Origin: Candidatus Moanibacter sp.
GTDB lineage: Bacteria; Verrucomicrobiota; Verrucomicrobiia; Opitutales; UBA2987
DNA length: 64,000 nt
Reading direction: 5' to 3'
NCBI GenBank assembly: GCA_965215885.1
Contig: CBDCEW010000080.1
Span: forward strand, 21,820 to 85,819
Part shown: one piece after another, positions 39,794-47,893 of the stretch
Position numbering within the stretch: position 1 is the stretch's first letter
Layout: each line of letters starts with the position of its first letter
Notes under the pieces: model-generated
The model's input: the letters and a program-made list of their open reading frames with translations, nothing else
What the model was told of the DNA's origin: nothing
Databases searched by the model: none
Translations under genes and position numbers: made by a program

Positions 39794-39990
39794 ACTTGAC
39801 TCTATTGTCATCGTTCGCTGAGCCCCCGATCCACCAGTAGCAAGGATGTTAGTGGTGGAACCCGTCTTCGTTGCGCGAGCGCAACTACGCCGAGGCGGGC
39901 GGCCCCCATGCCACGCCGTAGCAATTCGCAGCGGGAAATGGACCGCTGCGTAGGCGGGTCCGGGAACGTTTGTTTCAACTTCGTAATGAG
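39794..39990. repeat. About 200-bp dispersed REP-mosaic repeat, copy 2 (inverted)
   Basis: Homolog of 5677-5875. Confidence 0.75.
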
Positions 39991-40056
39991 CAAAGGCAGT
40001 TACGGACTTATTGGCGAAAGAGTTAGATACCCCGCAGCTTGCTGCGGGGAGTGTTC

Positions 40057-40176
40057 GTTAAACACACCTTTTCCCACGTATCCGGAGAAATCGACATCGC
40101 CTTCCAACCCGTCTGAGAATCGCAGCCGAGCGATGTAATTTTCCTTGATTTTGACACTTTCCAGCGAAGATTTCAT
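40057..40176 (-). pseudogene. DUF2442-like N-terminal fragment truncated by a REP
   Basis: MKSSLESVKIKENYIARLRFSDGLEGDVDFSGYVGKGVF, then the palindrome CCCCGCAGCAAGCTGCGGGG. Confidence 0.55.
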
Positions 40177-40221
40177 TTTCTCAGCCTAAGACCTATACGT
40201 TATTTATCCAATATATTCTTC

Positions 40222-40283
40222 GTCCAACGCTAGCCTCACACAAGAGGCCGCAAGGCCGAATTGTGTGTAGGCAATGGTTCGAG
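40222..40283 (-). other. Integron attC site
   Basis: CTCGAAC...GTTGGAC on the minus strand; stem GCCTCACACAA/TTGTGTG(T)AGGC with an extrahelical base; R'' matches the cassette 5' box at 40945-40951. Confidence 0.8.
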
Positions 40284-40295
40284 ATTCTCGCTGAT

Positions 40296-40598
40296 TCAGG
40301 TAACAGCGATCTGCTTGACTTCCCTCTTGATCCGGGCTGCCGCCTCGTCTTCTGCCAAGTCCAGATCGTAATCCATCTGAAGACCAAGCCAGAACTGAGC
40401 CGAGTTACCGTAATAGCGGGATAAACGCAATGCCGTGTCCGCCGTGATCCTGCGTTTGCCCTGAATGATTTCATTGATGCGACGTGGCGAGACCCTTAGG
40501 TTGCGGCCCAGTTGGTTCTGGCTCATGCCCATCGGGTTCAGAAACTCCTCCAAGAGCACTTCACCAGGATGCAGGGGCGGTATATGCTTTTTCCTCAT
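40296..40598 (-). CDS. higA: HigA antitoxin (XRE HTH)
   Basis: HPGEVLLEEFL, RINEIIQGKRRITADTALRL, FWLGLQ. Confidence 0.93.
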   Translation of the reverse strand: MRKKHIPPLHPGEVLLEEFLNPMGMSQNQLGRNLRVSPRRINEIIQGKRRITADTALRLSRYYGNSAQFWLGLQMDYDLDLAEDEAAARIKREVKQIAVT

Positions 40599-40607
40599 TC
40601 TTTCACC

Positions 40608-40889
40608 TCAGTGGTAGTCCGCGATTTCAACGTTTTGCGCGTGATTATCGAACCATTCGAAACAGATGCGCCAGCGGTCATTGATACGAATGCTGTGTTG
40701 TCCTTTCCGATCGCCGGAAGGCCGCTCCAGACGATTCGCGGGTGGAATACGAAGATCCTGCAAGTTCGCACTTCGATTGAGCATCCGTAGCTTCCTGAAC
40801 GCCGCCTTCTGAATATCTTGTGGAAGTTTCCTGGAGTACTGGCGATTGAATAGCTTCTCCGCTTCTTTATCCCGGAAACTTTGAATCAT
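40608..40889 (-). CDS. higB: HigB/RelE-ParE family toxin
   Basis: MIQSFRDKE, DLRIPPANRLE, SIRINDRWRICF, EIADYH. Confidence 0.92.
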   Translation of the reverse strand: MIQSFRDKEAEKLFNRQYSRKLPQDIQKAAFRKLRMLNRSANLQDLRIPPANRLERPSGDRKGQHSIRINDRWRICFEWFDNHAQNVEIADYH

Positions 40890-40898
40890 GCCAGGATT

Positions 40899-40923
40899 TA
40901 TAACGCATAGCGTTATATGTAAA
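40899..40923 (-). promoter_or_regulatory. higBA promoter/operator
   Basis: Palindrome TATAACGC-ATA-GCGTTATA next to a TTTACA -35 box. Confidence 0.6.
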
Positions 40924-40944
40924 GAACAATTCGCTCGTTCTTAT

Positions 40945-41290
40945 CTCGAACGTTTGAGGACAGGTGCGCGATTTATCGCGTAACCTGGTCCGATCTGTTA
41001 TGCGCCGGGCAGATCCGACTGCTCGATGGTAATGTTAACGTCAGAAAGGAAATGACACATGAAGTAAACAAAGTCCAGACCCAGCCCGATGGAGGCGAAG
41101 GGTAGCCGATGGCAAGAGTATCGCAGCGATGAGGGCTCGGAGGAAGCCGGAGGCAAAGACGCGTGCTGACGGTTTGGAAGCAGTGGAAGAACCGCCACTT
41201 ACGGCATGCCACGGCGAAGCCCTTTAGGGCGAAGACGGGACCCGTACGAGTGGTGGTGTGGGAGGGGGGGGCGTCCCTATCCCGATCTGC
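40945..41290 (-). other. Integron attC site interrupted in its R'' box by the intron
   Basis: CTCGAAC...GGACAGGTGCGCGAT-tt-ATCGCGTAACCTGGTCC...GTT|intron|CTGC. Confidence 0.75.
41000..41286 (+). mobile_element. Internally deleted group IIC-attC intron remnant (287 nt, no ORF)
   Basis: 5' ATGCGCCGGGCA (GTGCG-like); domain 5 GAACCGCC...GTACGAGTGGTGGTG with CGC triad; domain 6 ending CCCTATCCCGAT; IEP remnant WKQWK; antisense to the cassettes, after GTT. Confidence 0.78.
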
Positions 41291-41468
41291 AGGTTTGTTG
41301 TTCCGGTTCATCTTGAATTCCATCGATATTGTCCTTCCGTCCAATAGAGAGCGGCCTGCCTCACTAGCCGCAGCGTCACGATGCAAATCAGCTGACAGCT
41401 CGTATCGCGCACTCATTTCATGGGATACCAAGTCGACAAATTCGTTCCGATTTGTCTGCGTGTCTGTA

Positions 41469-42383
41469 TCATGCTTCGCCCCCCCCTCGGGCGCTGTGCC
41501 GTGAGTCGACATGACCGCTTCCCGGACGGTGGATCGGACCGCGGTTCTTCACCATCCTGACGAACCAGGCGATGGCAATAGCCGCCGACAGGTGTTTCAG
41601 GGTATGTCCGCTTACGATCCCTCCGGTTCCGGCGAAAATAGCCTCGTCTTTGGACTCAAGTTGCTTGGCAAGAATGTAGAAGACGATAACGAGCAGCAGG
41701 TTGATCGATCCTGTATAGCGGGCTGGAAACAGGACCATCATCGCCGCAACGGCAAAGATTGGGTACGACTGAACAAAGGCGTAAGGTCTGAGATCCCCTC
41801 TCCCCTGAGATTCTGTCCAGGACCAGTAAAAAACGGTAGCCGCACCAATGATCAAAGCAGGCATCAAGGCCAGCAATCCAACCTTGATGCTGATCCGCTC
41901 CATGATCACCGAGATGAAGAAGGCGACAAATCCAATCGTCATGGGCAAGCGGTCCCAAACCAATGTTCCATTATTTGGAGAGAGATGATAGTAGGCCGAC
42001 CCGACACTCACCAGGGTCGTCCCTGCGAAAAACACGAGATAGGGAATCTTCTCCAATGGATCCAGAAACCGCCTTTCCTGCCCCTCTTTATTCAGGACGA
42101 TCACGAGGCCCCAGATTCCAACGATGAGAAAGGCCAAGTTCGAGAGGACATCCAATCCGTTGGTGATCGCGAGGATCCGCCTCTGGTCTGCAAAATTGTG
42201 GTAGCTCAGGTCCTGTGGCAGCGGAGACTTGGATCCCCACCACCAAGCGACGGCCAGGGTAATCAAGCCGAGGAGGATGTAGCGAGTTCTTTGACTAGTA
42301 TACAGCACAAGCGTTACGTTTTTTTCTGTATTCACTCTCGTGTTGCAGACCATGGTTCGAAGTCTTCTTGTTCGATTCGGCAA
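41469..42383 (-). CDS. Ceramidase-like (alkaline phytoceramidase) membrane protein
   Basis: PQDLSYHNFADQR, SNLAF, GSAYYH, WDRLPM, GDLRPY, SGHTLKH; start uncertain. Confidence 0.8.
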   Translation of the reverse strand: MPNRTRRLRTMVCNTRVNTEKNVTLVLYTSQRTRYILLGLITLAVAWWWGSKSPLPQDLSYHNFADQRRILAITNGLDVLSNLAFLIVGIWGLVIVLNKEGQERRFLDPLEKIPYLVFFAGTTLVSVGSAYYHLSPNNGTLVWDRLPMTIGFVAFFISVIMERISIKVGLLALMPALIIGAATVFYWSWTESQGRGDLRPYAFVQSYPIFAVAAMMVLFPARYTGSINLLLVIVFYILAKQLESKDEAIFAGTGGIVSGHTLKHLSAAIAIAWFVRMVKNRGPIHRPGSGHVDSRHSARGGGEA

Positions 42384-42597
42384 TGTTAAAATGGCAACGG
42401 ATGAAAGGACGGCAACGGATGGGGATCAAGGATTCCCACACCCGAAGCGGTTTCGTCTCCGCTTTCTGGCGGCTTAGATCGGTCTTCCAAAAATATCCGC
42501 TGCCATCCTTTCATCCGTTGCAAAATCCTCTTTCTACTTTCCGGGTTTCCGGGACTGCGAGTCTTTCTCTAGACGGAACTCAAAACCTTGTAAGTTT

Positions 42598-44080
42598 GCC
42601 TCGTCAGCAGAATCTGTGGGTTATTTCGGGTTCAGGCAAGTCGCCCATGGTATGAAATAGGGCGATCTTAAGCACTTCGAAGCTCTTAAAGCCGTATGCT
42701 TTTCTGATAGTGAGATTTATATTGCGGTTAAAGCCCTCCACAATGCCGCAGGAAAAGGCCTTTTTGGCCCGAAACCAGTTGAGGATGAGCGGCTCGTGTT
42801 TGCGCACCGAGCGCACGAACCTTTTGATCGGTTTGAGGCGCGAACGCATGGCGCGCGTGCACCATTTTTTCAGATACCATTGGGCCCAGTAGGGACTTTT
42901 ATAATGCCACAAGAGCTGAAAGCTCTCCTTTAGTAGATAGGCCCGCACGCTCTTCAGATCGTATTGGAGCACCTCCTTGAGGCGGATCTGTTGGGTGGGG
43001 GTGAGATTTTGCGGATTTTTCAAGAAACAGTATTTGCTTTTGACCAGCACGTTGATGTAGCCGTCCCGTTGCAATCGCCTGGCTTCCGCAGCACGAATCT
43101 CATTGAGGGCCTTGTTCAGGTTGGCTACCAAGTGGAAGCGATCGAGGATGTGCAGCGCCTGGGGTGCCTTTTTCTTGATCACTTTGAGGTAAGGCTTCCA
43201 CAGATCCGAGCAGACGTAGAGGATCTGGCTGCTCTTTTGCGCTCCCAATTCCCAGAAAAAACGCAAGAGCGATTTTACGTTGCGCTTATTGAATACGCCC
43301 AATAGCCGCCGCCGCCCCTCGTCAAGCTGGTAGACCACGGTGAGATAGTGATGGCCTCGATGATACTGCACCTCATCGACTCCGATCGCCTCAATCCCGC
43401 TCATATCGCGCCGTTTGAGCCCCCAACGCACCATCGCCTCGACCGACTCGAAGACGTTGCGCCAGTTCGTGCGAAAAACCCTTGCCGTCTCTTCCCAGCT
43501 CAAGCGCCTCGCCCACTGGGCCAGAAACCATTGCATTGGCCAACTCAGATGACTCTTGCCCTTGGCCCAGGGCACCTCTTCGACCTTCACCCCGCACCGC
43601 CGGCAATTGACCCGCCGCATGCGGTAACGAAAATACACCTTCATCCCCCACAAGGGCACAAATTCAAAATGCCTCGCCTCGCTCATGTGGTCGTAGCCGC
43701 TGGCCGTCCGGCCACACCCCGAACAGCACACCCGACTATTCTTGCGCGGCTCAATCTGCACCACAATCGCCTCCACCGATTTCACCATTTCCATACTCGC
43801 CTTTGCGTAAACAAAGCTCTTGAGCCAATAGCACCGATTCAGTAGCGTTTTGATGAGCACTGGGTCCTCCGTGTTCAGGATGTATTTTCGGTACTACTTT
43901 CATCCTCGGAACGGCCCGGTGCTTCAACCTTTCAATCCCATATGCAAAGAAAACACCGACCAGCCCCTCCGGCTGTGGAGGAGCGGGATTCAGGGCAGCG
44001 CCCTGACTTCTCCTTGTGCTCACCGACTCTATTTCCTCTTGTAAGCGACGTTACCCACCCACAGATTCTGCTGTAGACCC
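42598..44080 (-). mobile_element. ISL3-family element
   Basis: TIRs sharing CAGCAGAATCTGTGGG; 8-bp duplication GTAAGTTT at 42590-42597 and 44081-44088. Confidence 0.93.
42604..43860 (-). CDS. ISL3 transposase
   Basis: Zn finger CSGC...CRRC, IGVDE, CSDLW, LDRFH, VEGFN. Confidence 0.93.
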   Translation of the reverse strand: MLIKTLLNRCYWLKSFVYAKASMEMVKSVEAIVVQIEPRKNSRVCCSGCGRTASGYDHMSEARHFEFVPLWGMKVYFRYRMRRVNCRRCGVKVEEVPWAKGKSHLSWPMQWFLAQWARRLSWEETARVFRTNWRNVFESVEAMVRWGLKRRDMSGIEAIGVDEVQYHRGHHYLTVVYQLDEGRRRLLGVFNKRNVKSLLRFFWELGAQKSSQILYVCSDLWKPYLKVIKKKAPQALHILDRFHLVANLNKALNEIRAAEARRLQRDGYINVLVKSKYCFLKNPQNLTPTQQIRLKEVLQYDLKSVRAYLLKESFQLLWHYKSPYWAQWYLKKWCTRAMRSRLKPIKRFVRSVRKHEPLILNWFRAKKAFSCGIVEGFNRNINLTIRKAYGFKSFEVLKIALFHTMGDLPEPEITHRFC

Positions 44081-44120
44081 GTAAGTTTTAGTATGTAAGG
44101 GGTCATTCCGGGCTCATTTC

Positions 44121-44211
44121 TTCGAACGCTAAAGCGGAGGCATGCCGGGCCAATCGGAATCACTTAAACCCGGGCGGATAAACCGGCATTGCCTCCCGCG
44201 AATTGTTGGGC
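44121..44211 (-). other. Integron attC site (91 bp)
   Basis: GCCCAAC...GTTCGAA on the minus strand; homologous to 45603-45693 and 45986-46075. Confidence 0.8.
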
Positions 44212-44221
44212 GATTGAAGTT

Positions 44222-44443
44222 TCAAGCGTAGGCCAGTTTTCCTCTCGGCTTCGGAACTTCCCGACCCAGTTCTTTCGCTGTTTCAATCCATTCGGAGATG
44301 ACCTTCTCAGCATTCTCCACCGCCTCGACGTAACTTTGCCCGTCAGCCATACATCCTGGCAGTTCCGGCACCTCGACCACATATGCCTCGTCCTTATCGC
44401 TCCAGTAAATGATCAATTCGTATCTACTTTTCATCTTCTTCAA
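44222..44443 (-). CDS. hicB: HicB antitoxin
   Basis: YELIIYWSDKDEAYVVEVPELPGCMADG...EWIETAKELGREVPKP. Confidence 0.9.
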   Translation of the reverse strand: MKKMKSRYELIIYWSDKDEAYVVEVPELPGCMADGQSYVEAVENAEKVISEWIETAKELGREVPKPRGKLAYA

Positions 44444-44862
44444 CCAGTCCGTATTTGGCTATCAGTGCCCTTACTTGCTTAACCTGATAGGCTTTGGCCT
44501 TTCCAGCTTTTGGCTGCAGATTCAGGATTTCGTCGATTCCTTCTTTGAAGAATATGTGATGGCTTCCATTGATTCGCAACGAAAATCCAAGTTTCACTAG
44601 CCCGCATATTTCACACACTTCGTAGCGAGACTGCGGAGGTTGTCGCGGATCAAGGGCTTACCAAAGTCCGGCGGGTGACGGCGTGTTGGAATACGTGGAA
44701 GTCGGCGGACGAAGGAAGTCCTTGAGGCGCTGTGGCATCCGCAGTTGGAGCAGATGGCTTGTGAAATTTGCGGGCTAGGATCCGTCGCACATCCCGGAAT
44801 GCGATATTCTGATCCGAAGATCCCGACAAGATCATTCTGATGGTGCGGTCAACCTTGGCCAC
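44424..44862 (-). pseudogene. hicA: HicA toxin disrupted by the 178-bp MITE
   Basis: MAKVDRTIRMILSGSSDQNIAFRDVRRIL|VKLGFSLRINGSHHIF...KAYQVKQV rejoins in frame when the MITE is removed. Confidence 0.85.
44597..44778. mobile_element. 178-bp MITE with CTAG duplication, copy 2
   Basis: CTAG-CCCGCATATTTCACA...TGTGAAATTTGCGGG-CTAG. Confidence 0.88.
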
Positions 44863-44919
44863 GAATCAGAATCGTAATTGTCCACGCCGATCAGATCGAG
44901 GATTTTCTAATCCGTGGCC

Positions 44920-44977
44920 GCCCAACATCCTAGGTCACCGGCGCTAGACGCGTCCGGTGCACCCTTTATTGTTATGC
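44920..44977 (-). other. Integron attC site (58 bp)
   Basis: GCATAAC (contains the upstream stop codon)...GGTGCACCGG/CCGGTGACC...GTTGGGC. Confidence 0.82.
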
Positions 44978-45352
44978 CACGATTTGCCTTTGATCGTCGA
45001 TCATGTCTTCAGGCTGATAGATGCCGAAACCTCCGCCTGCATCCACCAGAAGCCATCCGGTGTCAGGCATCAAAGCATCGTATCCATCATCCATCGAGAA
45101 TTCAGCGCCGCCGAAACCTCTGCTCTCGGAAAACGAGTACGCTGGTTGGCCTCTCTGAGCATCACTCACGGATGTGTTGGGAAGCCCCGTGCGAAAACAA
45201 TCACCAAACGCGTGATAAAGATCCCCAAGAAATCGCTTCTGGCCTTTGGGGCGTAAAATGAGATCACAATACCTCGCTGCCCTACGCGGATCGAGCGTCT
45301 GACGCAGAAATCTATCGAGAACTTCGATCGCGTTCATCTGCCAACACAACAA
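44972..45352 (-). CDS. Hypothetical cassette protein
   Basis: ORF whose stop lies inside the attC R'' box. Confidence 0.6.
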   Translation of the reverse strand: MLCWQMNAIEVLDRFLRQTLDPRRAARYCDLILRPKGQKRFLGDLYHAFGDCFRTGLPNTSVSDAQRGQPAYSFSESRGFGGAEFSMDDGYDALMPDTGWLLVDAGGGFGIYQPEDMIDDQRQIVA

Positions 45353-45355
45353 GGT

Positions 45356-45586
45356 TCAAGCTTTGGCAAACTCATCCTGTAATCCCTCGAGAAACCGATT
45401 GTAGTCACCAATCGAACAAAGGTGTGACTCGTAAAGACACTGTTTCGAATTACGATCGAAGACCTGAACATACGATGATGTGTCGAAATAAACTTCTAAA
45501 TCACGCTTCGTGAACGATGCGGGGCTTTCTTTCGCCCAACCGCAATCCAACAGAACGCTGATCGCCTTATTGTAGAGGGTCGCCAT
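45356..45586 (-). CDS. Hypothetical cassette protein
   Basis: ATG 17 nt after the attC R' box. Confidence 0.6.
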   Translation of the reverse strand: MATLYNKAISVLLDCGWAKESPASFTKRDLEVYFDTSSYVQVFDRNSKQCLYESHLCSIGDYNRFLEGLQDEFAKA

Positions 45587-45602
45587 TCGTTAGTTTTTCA
45601 GG

Positions 45603-45693
45603 GCATAACGTCGGAACGGAGGCATGTCGGGCCAAGCTAAATATATTGAAACGGGCGGCGTAAACCGGAATTGCTTCTCGCGGTTTGTTCGAA
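45603..45693 (-). other. Integron attC site (91 bp)
   Basis: TTCGAAC...GTTATGC; R' equals the box at 44971-44977. Confidence 0.8.
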
Positions 45694-45985
45694 GTTCTCG
45701 ATTTGGATACGGCAAAGATTTGATTGCAACGGATCTAAGCACGGCAACGGATAGGGATCAAGGCTTCCTCTGCCCCACTACGGTTTCCCCAAATCTCTAT
45801 CGTCGCCATGGGCACCTTCTAAAGAATTCCGCTGCTGTCCTTTCATCCGTTGCACTATCTCTTACTGTTTTTCCCGGAATCGAGAACCTTACGAACTATA
45901 TTACGTAGAGTTTCATCTTTCTGCCCGTCATATTCTTGCCATCTCTCTACGATCTCCCCCTGCTCTCCGATTAAGTCTTTGGCTC

Positions 45986-46075
45986 TTCGAATGCTCAAGT
46001 CCAGCGATGTCGGCCCAATGGCTCTGCTTTGAAACTGCGGGGCAAACCGGCATTCGCTGGGAGGCCTGGTTCGGG
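45986..46075 (-). other. Integron attC site with degenerate R' (ATT instead of GTT)
   Basis: CCCGAAC...CCAGCGAATG/CATCGCTGG...ATTCGAA. Confidence 0.68.
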
Positions 46076-46078
46076 GCC

Positions 46079-46258
46079 TTATCTATTTTGCAATTTCTTG
46101 ATGATTCTGCGCGCGAGCCACTCGTTGATTTCCGAGTGTCTCGGAACGGCCTGGGCAACCTTCGTCTCCGGATTCTGATACCAGTCGTGATTTCCGCCAT
46201 GGCGAATGAAGACCGCACCCGATTCCGTGATTCTACGGATCAGCGCACGTCGCTTCAT
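46079..46258 (-). CDS. hicA: HicA toxin (59 aa, absent from the ORF track)
   Basis: MKRRALIRRITESGAVFIRHGGNHDWYQNPETKVAQAVPRHSEINEWLARRIIKKLQNR*; ATGA overlap with the upstream antitoxin. Confidence 0.85.
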   Translation of the reverse strand: MKRRALIRRITESGAVFIRHGGNHDWYQNPETKVAQAVPRHSEINEWLARRIIKKLQNR

Positions 46259-46446
46259 CCAACCTCAAGCTCGGCATGCCGCCTGACATTGGGAATCATT
46301 CCAGAGACCAAATCCTTGTGTAAATCCGAAAGATGCTCCTTCAAATCCTCAAGACTCGTTCCTTGGGTAACGTAATCCGGAAACTCGTCCAGATAACCCA
46401 GCCAGAAGCCTTCGTCCTGCCAGTAGGTAAACCCGGTAGTTTTCAT
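46255..46446 (-). CDS. hicB: Short HicB-like antitoxin
   Basis: YWQDEGFWLGYLDEFPDYVTQGTSLEDLKEHL; promoter TTGACG-17-CAAAAT at 46456-46484. Confidence 0.8.
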   Translation of the reverse strand: MKTTGFTYWQDEGFWLGYLDEFPDYVTQGTSLEDLKEHLSDLHKDLVSGMIPNVRRHAELEVG

Positions 46447-46503
46447 AGTTGCGCCATTTTGTCACCCCGGCGGTATGACGTCAATCGTCGTTTCATTCCA
46501 GGC

Positions 46504-46568
46504 CTCGAACGTCATGTATCATGATTTTGGCGTGCCAGCGACAAATACCATGCATGCAATTGTTCGCA
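46504..46568 (-). other. Integron attC site (65 bp)
   Basis: TGCGAAC...CATG/CATG stem...GTTCGAG, 3 nt after the stop of 46572-47090. Confidence 0.75.
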
Positions 46569-46571
46569 ATC

Positions 46572-47090
46572 TTAGTCTTCCACAGGTTGCCGTTTCCACT
46601 TCATGAACTCACTCATGGATGGGGCAACTGTTTCAATTTCTCCCGTTTCGTGGTCATGCCACAAAACAGGTGGGTCTATAACTTTTGGATCTATCAATAA
46701 TTCGTTTCCACCGCCATCGTCTGCAAAGGCGAAATACTTCCCACAGCCCGGCCACGGACTGTGAAGATTCCCTGCATCCGCAGGATTGTAGAAACAGATA
46801 TAAATAGGGTCATTTCCGTTAGGTGGCAAAACCTCAATGTCAGATAGTGCAAGTTCTTCTGTGTTGCTGTAGAGATCGCGCAATGCATGAGGAAGTGTGC
46901 AGTCAAAATGTTTTGCGACAGCACCGAGATCGGGAGATGAAATTCGTTTCTGAAAATGTCTGCCATATGCTTTGGCTTCTTCAGGAGATGGAGAGCGATA
47001 GAGAAGTTTGTCTCGAATCCACAAAATCAGAAACGGCAAGACGATAAAGATTACGACTAGCGCAACGACTGTTATGAATGTGTCTCTCAT
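46572..47090 (-). CDS. SMI1/KNR4 (SUKH) family protein with an N-terminal TM helix; first cassette
   Basis: LPHALRDLY...FAFADDGGGNELLID...VLWHDHETGEIETVAPSMSEFM. Confidence 0.75.
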   Translation of the reverse strand: MRDTFITVVALVVIFIVLPFLILWIRDKLLYRSPSPEEAKAYGRHFQKRISSPDLGAVAKHFDCTLPHALRDLYSNTEELALSDIEVLPPNGNDPIYICFYNPADAGNLHSPWPGCGKYFAFADDGGGNELLIDPKVIDPPVLWHDHETGEIETVAPSMSEFMKWKRQPVED

Positions 47091-47098
47091 GTTCTTTC

Positions 47099-47270
47099 AG
47101 CGAACATACAATCGTACACCAGTTGCTGTTTACTTAACTGCTGATAGCCCCGATATGTTGTAGGCTTTTGGTTGTTTGATGGTTAACTCGGTTGAAACAG
47201 CGTTTAACGTCCGGTAATATGCAACCTGTCGTCAATATTGTAATATGCGACAGGTCGCATATTCCTGGAA
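47099..47270 (-). promoter_or_regulatory. attI-like site and upstream AT-rich control region
   Basis: GTTCGCT core (matches the first cassette R'' TGCGAAC at 6/7) with no attC stem upstream; 16-bp inverted repeat AATATGCRACCTGTCG at 47216-47263. Confidence 0.5.
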
Positions 47271-47340
47271 TATCGGGAAAAAGCAACAGTAAAGGCTTGC
47301 AATTTGAGTAAGATAGTGGACATTTGTTCACTTAGTTGTC

Positions 47341-47585
47341 GAAGGTCGAAGGTCGAAGGTCGAAGGTCGAAGGTCGAAGGTCGAAGGTCGAAGGTCGAAG
47401 GTCGAAGGTCGAAGGTCGAAGGTCGAAGGTCGAAGGTCGAAGGTCGAAGGTCGAAGGTCGAAGGTCGAAGGTCGAAGGTCGAAGGTCGAAGGTCGAAGGT
47501 CGAAGGTCGAAGGTCGAAGGTCGAAGGTCGAAGGTCGAAGGTCGAAGGTCGAAGGTCGAAGGTCGAAGGTCGAAGGTCGAAGGTC
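47341..47585. repeat. Perfect heptamer microsatellite (GAAGGTC)x35
   Basis: 35 uninterrupted copies counted by hand. Confidence 0.97.
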
Positions 47586-47893
47586 GAGCGCCTGATCCCT
47601 GCTCGTCGGGAAAATTCCAACGTCGAAACTGACAGGGGCCAACCACGATGAATTTCCTCAGCGAGGTGAAGCGTAATGGCTGGTGGATTTCTGGTTCAGT
47701 GGAGACTTAATTGGCGCCAAAAAGGGGCGTAGATAGCGGAGGGGAGGACTGTACCCTTTTGGCTGAGGAATTTCTGGAGCAACGGAACGGCAAGGAGAAG
47801 TGCTACGGTTCAGAATCGAGGACGAGAACGGGAACGAGGACGATTCTGACGCCTGACGAAGAAGGTCGGGGGTTGTTCTGTCTGGATAGTAGA

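Noticed and set aside
41000..41286. Retron or DGR component
   Set aside because: No reverse transcriptase in the window, and the termini and D5/D6 fit a group II intron
41511..42389. 292-aa plus-strand ORF and similar long antisense ORFs (for example 22447-23211, 26562-27272, 47810-48583)
   Set aside because: Shadows of well-supported opposite-strand genes, with no recognisable motifs
47300..47340. LexA box at the putative intI promoter
   Set aside because: GTGGACATTTGTTCAC is palindromic but does not fit the TGTTC-N4-GAACA or CTGT-N8-ACAG consensus
47204..47651. ORFs with RPSTFDL / RRSKVEG repeats
   Set aside because: Artefact of a stop-free heptamer tract that is open in several frames
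47586..47893. Integron integrase remnant or N-terminal extension of PseC
   Set aside because: No tyrosine recombinase motifs; the upstream 61 codons include a GAACGA/GGACGA microsatellite, and PseC homology starts at 47894
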